From the NCBI RefSeq assembly GCF_011745625.1, contig NW_027191470.1:186001-250000 (forward strand): DNA of 64,000 nucleotides, written 5' to 3'. Position 1 is the first letter of the stretch. Each line of letters opens with the position of its first letter. The position numbers and the translations under genes are program-made. The notes below the pieces were generated by a model. That model made no database searches, was not told where the DNA came from, and saw nothing but the letters and a program-made list of their open reading frames with translations. The DNA comes from Cladosporium halotolerans (Eukaryota). Shown here piece by piece: positions 1 to 9,883 of the stretch.

Positions 1-500
1 TACGATGCTGTGGAAAAGTCACGGTGTCGTGTAATGCCATCCCCTTTGTGACGATTGACCCAGGCCAGAGTCGTGCCGTCTGCCGAGAATGCCAATCCTT
101 CACACAAGCAGTGGAATCGGTCTAGCGTCTTCACACATCTCCAAGCTTCTAAAGTCACAGATCTTGACCTCGCCTTTCGATTGCCGGCGGTCACCACTCT
201 GGGAGTGCTTGTAGGAACACGGCCCTAGAAGCTTGCCGTCAGGGGAATACTGCATCGCCCAGATCTTGTCGTCTTTGCTGGAGTCCACGGTCTTGAACCA
301 CGATCCGCTCTCGGTGCGCCACGTGCCGATTCTGTTGTTCATAGCTATTGATGCTAGAAAATCTCCGCAGGGTACGCATTTTGAGGCATGGCTTGAGCCG
401 ATTGACCACCAGCTGTGCGGTTTGTAGTCCTGCCGAGACGCCCCACAATCGGACGGTTTCGTCCTCGCTCCAAAAGCGATCATATACTTCGCCATCACTA
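1..500 (-). pseudogene. Frameshifted WD40-repeat gene remnant (repeats resemble those of NACHT-WD/HNWD-type proteins); runs off the window start
   Basis: WD40-like pieces lie in different minus-strand frames: SEDETVRLWGVSAG (~469-428), GDFLASIAMNNRIGTWRTESG..QYSPDGKLL..GEVKICDFRS (ORF 100-498), then after a 1-nt shift at ~144 WRCVKTLDRFHCLCEGLAFSADGTTLAW. Confidence 0.65.
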
Positions 501-1746
501 TTGCTACTGGACGGCTCGCTACATTTTACGCATCAACGGGTGAAGCGCACGAATCGTATTGGTATAGAGAATATTTAAAGCTAAAATGTTTCCTCATCCA
601 ACACGGCTTCCTGTTAATTTGTGGACTCCAACTAATAAAAGCACGGGATTTGGACACCAGAGACATCATCCAATCTTTCCAAACACCAACTGCATGTATG
701 AGCGTCGTCGGACAAATGCAGCAGGGCAACTCTCTCATTGCTGTTTGAGGGTGCAAATATTTCATAACTAGCTTTTTAGCACTCGAGACGCCATCTCTGC
801 GATTCGAGGAGCCGGTCTTCCACTTGGACGAAGCGTTGATGGGTGCTTCGAACTTGTGATGACAGCCAATGCTCCACGTCTGGGGCACTGGAAAAGAAAG
901 TACTCAGGTGTTGGACTCCAATGATTTTCTCTCAAACATTTCTTGTCAATTTTGCATATGTTGAGTGTGCGACTTTGATGATTTCTAAATTCTTTTGTGA
1001 AGAGATGCCTTCTGAGAGAGGTCCGCGCACTCTTCGTCTTCGTGAAACGAAAACTTGACATTTTTTCAGCACTCTGAGCCTTGGATTCACGACTGGTGTG
1101 GCCAAATTACTGTATCTCTGCAGTTGTAAACATGGGAACGGGTTATGCGGTGTACAGTAAGCAACAGCTTGCCGCTGACCAACCGCTCCCGTTTCCCTTT
1201 CCTGCAGCATCGCAACAAGGGTCTTACCACCATGTACGACCCAAAGTACAGTAATGCACCTGCATGCAGCTCAATGCAGGTGAGCCGGATACGGCTTGAT
1301 TGCGGGCGTCTGGGGTGTTGGAAAGAGCTGTGGCCGAAGATGTCCGACCTGGAAGACGCGTCGCTGGCTTCCGATTCGAGCTCTTACAATCGTAAGCACG
1401 GCAGATTCGCTGATGTACCAAAGCCGAACACCGGTGAGCGCTCCGGCATGATAGGCATTACCGGAAATCGCGGGTTTCAAATGGTATGTACGACGTCTTA
1501 CATCGTCACCGACTGGGGGACCCCTGTAAGCCATCCACGTGCATTGGGTCGAGAGCTTTATTCACAAGCATCCCGTCTCCCATGTAGAGGTAGCTTTATG
1601 TTTCTCCCAGCCATTGATAACTAAAGCCTTTCCCAGACCCACTCCTTATGTTGTCTTTTGCTGGAAATTGATCATCCCAAACATCAACCTGAACTACAAT
1701 TCTATCATCCTCCACCGTCGGAATGCCGATCACTTACACATGTACA

Positions 1747-3564
1747 ATGGCCGAACAGGCCTCAACGCACGCAAACGACAATCCTGCGCCCGCGGGAGCC
1801 AAAAATCGACCTGATGAATGGAAGATCGAGCAAGGCCTCGCTGGCGCGAAGTTAGCATACCTCGACCAGACGGGCGACGTCACCACGGAGAATCCTCCGG
1901 CGCCATGGCCTGAGATGACCAAGGACGAGGCAGCCATCAAATCAGTCGGAAATCGGGATGAGCTCTTTCAGCGTGAGAGGAAGGGTTGGAAAGGGTGAGT
2001 AGTATCTTGATGTTGCAACTTATGGCTCGTCAATCATGGACTTGGTCGCACCCAATTTATGAGTCTCACTGACGATCGAATCAACAGCTACGTTGAATGG
2101 GAAGCATGCCCCGAGAAGAAGGCAAAAGCCCACAAGATCCTCACTTCTCAGACCTTTCCGCCAAACCCAGAATACCAGCTGGGCCCGATTCCTGGAACGA
2201 ACCCGGTCTTACCAGGCACCCACTGGAAACAGTGGCACCATGCCATCGGTGGCGAGCTCAGCGACGTTCCCGAGAACTCATGGGAGACAGTGCTGAAAGA
2301 AAAGCACCCTGAGATGCTTCACCTGCTCCAATTCCCGTACAACGGCGAGCCTCCCAAGCGTCTGGTTACTGCCAAACCCATCACACCCAACAGCCTCCAC
2401 TTCGTCCGCAATCATGGCGGCATCCCGATCATCGACGAGAAAGAATACTACTTCGATGTCAACGGCTTAGTCGCGGACCCCAAGAAGTTCACCCTCGATG
2501 ACCTGAAGGACGAATCCCGATTTCCCAGAGTGACTAAGAAAGTCACCATGCAATGCTCCGGCACTCGCCGAATCGAACAGATCAACGTGTACGCCGGCCA
2601 AGGCGACGAGCTCGCCCAAGCGCCCTGGGCCGAAGGCGCCATCGGCACCGCGGAATACACTGGCATCAGCCTGAAAAAGGTCATCAAAGCCTGCGGCGGG
2701 CTGGTGAACAATGCCAAACACCTGGAGTTCTACGGCGCCGACACGTACTTCAAGAGCGGCCAGACGATGAACTACCTCGTCAGCGTGCCGTGGTCAAAAG
2801 TCAAAGCGAACGAAGTCTTGCTCTGCTGGGAGATGAACGGCGAGCCGCTGCCGGCCATCCATGGCTTCCCGCTGCGCGTCATGGTCCTGGGCTACATCGG
2901 CGCGCGCAGCGTCAAGTGGCTGTACCGCATCAAAGCGCTGAAGGACCCAAGCCCGGCGCCCGTGCAGAGCAAGGAGTACCTGTACTTCAACCAGCAGACC
3001 GGCAAGCACAACCAGAAGCCGACGGACGGGATCCAGATCCAGGAGATGCCCGTCAGCTCAGCCATCATGTCGCCGTGGACGAACCAGGTCGTGCTGCACG
3101 AGGGCGCGATCCACTGCAAGGGCTGGGCGTACTCGGGTGGCGGGCGGTGGCCGGAGCGAGTCGAGCTGTCGGCGGACGGCGGCTTCAGCTGGTACGCGGT
3201 GCCGCTAGACTTGTTGTCGGCGAAGCACAAGTGGACGTGGCGGACGTGGGAGTTCGCGTTGCCCTGCGACGTCGAAGGGTGGATTGAGATAGTCTGCCGC
3301 TGCTGGGACAACTCGCTCAACACGCAGCCGTTGAATGTGCGCGCCGCCTGGAATTGGGGCTTGCATGTCACGAGCTCTGCGCACCGGATCAAGGTGTACA
3401 GTATCAACAAGACCCGGCCAAGGACGATTGAGAAGCTGAAGGCGTTTGAGGAGAACGACAGTCCGTTGGCGCCGATTACTTGGCCGGAGGAGTTTACCAC
3501 GCAGAGTCCAGAAGAGTACAAGGAGTTCTGGGAGAAGTACGGTCCGAGAGATGTTGATGATTGA
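1747..3564 (+). CDS. Sulfite oxidase-family molybdopterin oxidoreductase (Moco + dimerisation domains, no cytochrome b5 domain); exons 1747-1994, 2088-3564
   Basis: FVRNHG, MQCSGTRR (Mo-ligand Cys), MNGEPL..HGFPLR, GARSVKWL, GWAYSGGG, VELSADGG. Intron GTGAGT..CTGAC..CAG joins RKGWKG|YVEWE in frame. Confidence 0.9.
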
Positions 3565-3854
3565 AGGGTGAGTTCTTCAGAAGAGCCATTGCTTTGAAGC
3601 CATGCAGGGCAGGTGGATAAGTCTATGCTGCCTGGGATTGTTTCTTCTTTTGTCAACTAGGTGGTGAGGTAATGGTCAGGAACGTATGAATGGATTATCA
3701 GTAAATCAATATCAAAATGCTAGCCAGCGCTACACTTCTGCCTTGAGAATGCGTGCGTGACTGGGTATATGAGCTTAAAGGACGTCCCAACAGACGTTTT
3801 GGAATCGAATCATAGAAATGCCGTTCGTATCGCGCTTTTCTGCCCCGATGGCGG

Positions 3855-5510
3855 TTACTCGGTCGTGCGCTTTTCGGTTTCGTCAGCCTCCTGGCTCTCG
3901 TCGCCTCTGGTGAACTCGGCGAACCCTGGTTCGCCAGTTGCGGTCTCCTCTTCTGTCCTCGCTCTTTTTGCTTCTCTCTCTGGCTCTCCCTCTCTCTTAT
4001 CTTCTGTTTCAACTGCGGTCGTCTCGGATCGTTCTCTTTTCAGCGTCTCAAGTTCTCGCTTGAGAGCGTCGACTTCACGCCTGGCTTCTTGCTCGGACGA
4101 TTCCAATTCGCTAACTCTCCCGCGGAACAGATCGTTGATCACCTCGAGCTCACTGACACGTGTGCGCAAAGCATTGTTCTGTGCGACCACCGCATCGTAG
4201 CTCTGTGGAGCCTCGAGATGCTGCGGCGCCGGCGAGGGGAAGGATTCGGCGGGCAGAGAAACGGTGTCGAAGATATGCTGAGGTGCAATATTAGGGTTCT
4301 GATGATGTTGCTGGTGCTGCTGTGAAGGCGTTTCGCTACGGCTCAGTGAGCCCCCAGGCGAGGGAGCTCGATCATGGCCATGCGCATGTGACAGGCCGCT
4401 ACCCATTTGCGGCGCCGGCGGCAGGCCGTGGGGGTAAGCATGCGGTTGTCCGGCATGTGCAACGTCGGGATGGGCGGCGGGGAAGCCGGGGCCGGGTTGG
4501 GAGTGGGCGTGAGACGGGTCGGCAGGGTTGCCATTGCGGTCATGTTTGCGCGGGGTCTGGGATGTCTTCACACGATTGCGCGACTTGATCACGTCGGTCT
4601 TCAGCGAGATTGGGCGCGGCCGGCCGTGGAGTTTAAGGAAAAGGCCGCAGGCGTTGCAGAGGACTGCGCCGGACTCGTCGCGTCGCCATAATGGCGTCGT
4701 GGAAGTGGTGCAGTTCTGGCAGACAGGCTGTGAGAGATCATTGCGTTAGCTGGCCAGGTCTGTTTACTCGTATCGCATCATCGAGAAGGATGACAATGTC
4801 GCGGGCTAATTCGATATCGGGTTGGTATCGATTGCGATTGCTGTTATCGATATGTGCCCTTTCCGATATCTGATAACGCGAGGACGACAAATGAGATGCG
4901 CGCGCGAGGCATAATGAACGTACCGGGCCGTTTTGCTGACCGCCGGCGGTGGCTGCTGGAGCGAACTGTGGCGCGCTCATGTTGTCGTCTGGCGATGTTG
5001 AAGGGGGACTGTGGTAGAAAGAATCAGTTGAACTGCTTGCATGCTGCTTGCGCTTCGCGATCGGCGAAAGTCGGCACTTGGCACCATCCGGCTTCGGCTT
5101 TGAGACAGCGCGCGCTTGAGCAAGCGACTCGTCGCAAGTCTAGCCGCACTTGCATATGTATGCCAATGGTGTAAAGCCCGCAGCTGGTCTCTGATCCCTT
5201 GCTCTCTTGTGACCATCCCTATTGTACTGCCGTGTGACTCCAATTGTCCTGATCTTCACAAAACCCACCTTTCGTTCTCACGCTTCACGGGCGCAGCCGG
5301 TGCGCTAGCAGCCAACGAAGCTAACGCAGCGAGAGCTGGTAGCTGCCCCGAACCGTATTTGTGTTGTTCTAGAGAGTCGGCTGAGTCGGTCGAGGGTTTC
5401 GTTACGGATATCGTGATAGGAGGGTGGGAGCTCTGCTGCCGAGGTTGCGGGTTTGGTAGGAGGTGCGGTCGACGGCTACGCTCCGATGGAGGGGCGGCGA
5501 CTTGAAGCAT
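3855..5510 (-). CDS. areB: GATA zinc-finger / leucine-zipper transcription factor (AreB/ASD-4/Dal80 type); exons 5510-5269, 5008-4924, 4727-3855
   Basis: [50 protein letters not shown] finger; C-terminal zipper [23 protein letters not shown]. Introns GTGGGT..CTGAT..CAG and GTACGT..GCTAAC..CAG both keep the frame. The first exon is less certain than the rest. Confidence 0.88.
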
Positions 5511-5761
5511 TGAGGGGTGATTGAAGTTGTTTCTGTGCGGCCGCCTGGTGCTGCTCCCTGCGGCTACAGTGGACTTTGTAGTTTGGATCGCTGGGTTGCT
5601 GACAGGTCGGGCAGACGAGATGGTGGATGAAACAGGAATTAGAGGCTCGCAGCCAAAGATGGAAAGGTAGCTGAAATGATAGTATAATACAAAGTCGTCG
5701 ATAGTGAAGTATGGTACCTCGAGGCACTGAGACAACATTCTGGAAAGCCATCCCGGGAATC

Positions 5762-5805
5762 GATAAGGATAAGGGGCGGCGATAAGGTGCCGTCGATATC
5801 TTATC
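5762..5805. promoter_or_regulatory. Cluster of GATA-factor sites upstream of the areB-like gene
   Basis: GATAAG at 5762, 5768 and 5781, GATATC at 5795 and CTTATC at 5800, all within 44 bp. Confidence 0.6.
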
Positions 5806-6467
5806 CCTTGCCGTGAGGGCAGTGCGCTCAGACCATTGGCCAATGTGCATTCGTGAACGTGTTCTCTTCCTGCTCGAGCTGCTTGGACGCCTGAAAGGCG
5901 AAGTAACAAACTTCAAAATTAAAATGTGGAAATTCTGGTCTGGATTGTCCGAGGCTGTAACTATATAGAGTGTTTTGGCAGAAGGATGCCACGCATGCTG
6001 ATCGACAAATGATCTGGGACCGCAACTTCATCGAGTAAGCTGATAGGGCAAGCGGCGCTTGTGAATGCTGTGATTCCTTGTGCAGGCATTTGCAGAAGAG
6101 GAAACCACTTCCCAGTCTGAAACGAAGATCTTTCAAAGAACTATACAGTAGCAATAACCTAGGTTACCTTCATTGGGGATCTGCCAGTTGTTTCTGGTTA
6201 TCGTCTTTTTTGAATTGCAAATATAAGCTCAATTTGGGGCGACGCGTTAGAGGGGCGGTCCTTGCCTCCCGACACCGCAGAGCCGCGGTTGACGTCGCGC
6301 GAGGCCCCCAGATCCTAGTCGCCAGTCGCAATCAAGTCGGCAGGCAACAAGTACAGACCAACGACGACTTTCACCGCCCAAACAAGTGGAGAAACCCACG
6401 CAACCCCCCCAAACTCCTTTCGTTTCTTGTGAGCAGCAAATGGTCGCGACTTCAACTCTCAACAAAC

Positions 6468-8750
6468 ATGCCTCGCCCTCCCACATCCGGCTACGCCCGC
6501 ATCGCTCAAGCCGAGGAGGAAGAGGAGGAGGAGCCGTACACTTCGGATGAAGACGATCCCTTCCGCGACCCCAACACCGTGTCCGGAGATGCTTCATACG
6601 CGCCCATACAACCCAAGCGCCGCGAGCGCATGCACATTCCCTCCGGCCAATCCTCCCCCGGCCGACCTGGCCGACGAAAACGAACAAATAGTGGTGTCGA
6701 CATCAAAGCTATAAATGCACGATTGGAGCGATGGGCAGACGAGATCAAGGATCGGTTCAAGATTCGGAGAGTCAAGGGGAAGTCTGCGGACGATGAACAT
6801 TTGGAGATTCACCACTCGGTATTTCAGGCACCTGAATGGATTCGTCCCGCTACGAAGGAGCAGCTGGAAGCCGATCATTCGGATGCCGGCGAGAGACTCT
6901 CGAAACTGGAATTTGACGACATCGTAGAAAGCGTCAGGACGGCCATTGAACTTGGCAAGCATCCAACGCTGATTGCACAAGGCAGCAGTGGCAGCTACTT
7001 TGCCAGAAATAGCAGCGGAAAGGTACTGGGTGTCTTCAAGCCAAAAGACGAGGAACCCTACGCCAGCAAGAACCCCAAGTGGACAAAGTGGATACACAGA
7101 AACTTGTTCCCTTTCTTCTTTGGTCGCGCATGCTTGATCCCGAACTTGTCGTACGTCTCGGAGGCAGCGGCATACGTACTCGACTGCCAATTGCGAACCA
7201 ACATTGTACCATATACCGAAGTTGTCAGCTTGTCGAGCAAGAGCTTTTTCTACGATTTCTGGGACCGAAGAGCTTTCTACAGGAAAGGCAAAGCTCTACC
7301 GGAAAAGCAGGGCTCGTTTCAGGTCTTCTTGAAGGGCTTCAAGGGCGCGACCGAGTTCTTCAGAGACCACCCTTGGCCGGACCACCACAACAGCACATTC
7401 AGAGATGCTCCCAAGCAGAAGCGAAAAACGCGCTGGGCGGAAGATTGTCGACCGAAGAGCCGGGCTGGCGACAGTGATGAGGAGGAAGGGCTGAACAGCA
7501 GAGAGCAAAGTCGGGCAAGACACGAGTTCTGGTCTGATGCTTTGCAAGAGAGCTTCAGAGAGCAATTGGAGAAGCTTGTAATATTGGATTACATTATGCG
7601 GAACACGGATCGAGGAACAGACAATTGGATGATCAGGATCGATCGGGAGACACAGACAGCGGAGATTGTCGCACGCCCACCAGACAGCGAGCGGCAACAG
7701 AACGGCCACACGGATCCAGCCAAGGCTGAAGAATATCACCGGCGACACGAAAGCATGACAGCGACCCCATCTGGAGATGAGGAGATTCCTGTCACAAGAC
7801 TAGGCGCTATCGACAACTCCCTGTCTTGGCCATGGAAGCACCCCGATGCTTGGAGAAGCTATCCCTTCGGCTGGCTCTTCTTGCCTGTAAGCCTTATCGG
7901 CCGTCCATTCACCGAGAAGACTAGACGACACTTCTTACCCCTACTCACATCGAAAGAGTGGTGGACCGATACCCAAGTCAAACTGCGACAATGTTTCGAG
8001 CTCGACGCCGACTTCAAAGAGCGCATGTTCGCACGCCAAATAGCCGTCATGAAAGGCCAAGCCTGGAACGTCGTCGAAACTCTCAAGACACCCGATCACG
8101 GGCCCCTGGAACTCACTCGCCGGAACCGAGTCTGCGTTTGGGACGACCTAGTCGACATCCCCGTCGCCGTGCGCATGAACAGACCGTCAGAGGAGATGCG
8201 GCAGCAGGCAAAGAGCCTCAAGACACGCCCTCGCGGCATAAGAGAAGAGAACGAGCACGAAGAGATGGACATCAGTGCAGCCTACGCTTCGGCGCCCGCG
8301 CACCCACAAGTCGACCTCCTTGGCCTCGGGGCTCCTACAGCCGATCGCGAAGTCAGCGAAAACCCTTTCAACCATTCGCGGCAGAATAGCTCTGATCTAG
8401 TTCCTCAGATTCGACAATCCCCAGCCGAAGTTTCTTTGGCACAAAGCTACGATGCCTCATCTTCCTCTACGCGGCTCGCTTTGCAACGGCCATCTGCTCC
8501 TCGGTCCACGACAATGGCCCAGCCGCGTATGTCATACGACCCGCCGTCTACGCGTCGTGCTTGGGAGAGAGAAAGCGGGAAGCGTAGATCGAGTTTTGCC
8601 GTCCGTAGAGTGTTCGGTGACGAAGATGACGAGGGAGAAGGTGATCTTGGCTTTGGCGCTGCGAGGGATCAGGAGGGCAGCAGGCGGAAGGTGATCGTTG
8701 AGAGGTTGGAGATGGTGAAGAGTAAGCCGCCGGTGTTCACGTGGTGCTGA
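6468..8750 (+). CDS. LSB6: Type II phosphatidylinositol 4-kinase
   Basis: QGSSGSYF, GVFKPKDEEPY, PKWTKW, LDYIMRNTDRG.DNW, AIDNSLSWPWKHP, C-terminal PVFTWC. Likely start is the ATG at 6468 (ACAAACATG) inside ORF 6078-8750. Confidence 0.92.
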   Translation: MPRPPTSGYARIAQAEEEEEEEPYTSDEDDPFRDPNTVSGDASYAPIQPKRRERMHIPSGQSSPGRPGRRKRTNSGVDIKAINARLERWADEIKDRFKIRRVKGKSADDEHLEIHHSVFQAPEWIRPATKEQLEADHSDAGERLSKLEFDDIVESVRTAIELGKHPTLIAQGSSGSYFARNSSGKVLGVFKPKDEEPYASKNPKWTKWIHRNLFPFFFGRACLIPNLSYVSEAAAYVLDCQLRTNIVPYTEVVSLSSKSFFYDFWDRRAFYRKGKALPEKQGSFQVFLKGFKGATEFFRDHPWPDHHNSTFRDAPKQKRKTRWAEDCRPKSRAGDSDEEEGLNSREQSRARHEFWSDALQESFREQLEKLVILDYIMRNTDRGTDNWMIRIDRETQTAEIVARPPDSERQQNGHTDPAKAEEYHRRHESMTATPSGDEEIPVTRLGAIDNSLSWPWKHPDAWRSYPFGWLFLPVSLIGRPFTEKTRRHFLPLLTSKEWWTDTQVKLRQCFELDADFKERMFARQIAVMKGQAWNVVETLKTPDHGPLELTRRNRVCVWDDLVDIPVAVRMNRPSEEMRQQAKSLKTRPRGIREENEHEEMDISAAYASAPAHPQVDLLGLGAPTADREVSENPFNHSRQNSSDLVPQIRQSPAEVSLAQSYDASSSSTRLALQRPSAPRSTTMAQPRMSYDPPSTRRAWERESGKRRSSFAVRRVFGDEDDEGEGDLGFGAARDQEGSRRKVIVERLEMVKSKPPVFTWC

Positions 8751-9883
8751 GCTTGTGATCAGCTTGTTGAGCACGAAGTGCTTTGTTTTTCTGCAGGCGT
8801 TTGGATGTGCGTTGAGCGTGATGGCATGACAGGATATGTTGCACGGCCTGTGTGTGCTACGAAGGGCCTGGAGCGAGGAATCTGTACTATATCAAGGAGG
8901 GAGCATAGATACCAACATTAACGCTATAGATTGCTTGTACGCCAGGATTTTTGCCATTTATGTCTATTTCAGAAGACATTGGTGTCACCGTATGCGAATC
9001 GTCTGGCCTTGCTCTTGCTGCCTTGAGACTTCGCGCCCTGCCCAGACGCGCCCCGGCAGCGGCCGCGTGTGGCGTCACGTCACTTCAGACCGTCCGTTTG
9101 CCTGTGGAGAGCGTACTTCACTTCAGTATCAGCACTCTCATTTATCAAGCTTTTTTTCATTCTCTGAATTCAAATCGCTCGTTTTGATGCGGAGTTTCTC
9201 GCAATAGATCCAAGGATAGAAAATCATTGCAGCAAACAGAACGGTTCCACGCTTGCGACGACCGCGTCCTAAGAAGTCGCCACCGGCTTACGCGCGACAT
9301 GATAACGCCTTTGATCTGACTGCTGCGTTCAAGTCTCGCGTGGTCAGAAGTGGGGTCTATATTTGACGCTTGAGCCAAGAAAAAAGTGAGAAGGTCGCGA
9401 AGATGAATCCCGCCCAGCTGCTGAACCCGAAGGCGTTCAAGAAAGAGCAGGCGAAGGCCAATAAGAAGCCAGCGCCTAACTATGGTGAGTCTTTTCACGT
9501 TCCTTTCACGTTCACTTCGGCTCCTGAGACTTCCTGAGTTGTCCCCAAATGTCCCGTGAGCGTCCGTGCATGTGCTCGTGTGTGATTGCGATGCGGCATG
9601 TGAGAGAGTGCATATAAGAACGCTCGCCGCCACCACCGTCGTCGCGATCAATCCCGACAAACACCCAGCACTGCACGGCCAAGGGCCTACTTTTGACGAC
9701 GACAAACTCCTGCTGTACGACCTGCTTCCTTCCACTACTGCACATTGCACACTCGAGAAAAATTTATCGACCATCCTCCATACATTGCACGAATCTTGAC
9801 TGCCTCCACACCTTGCACGACAAGGCTACCTTGCACAAGGACGAGCCGACTATCCTGCTGCCTACACCACGACCGCAAAAACG

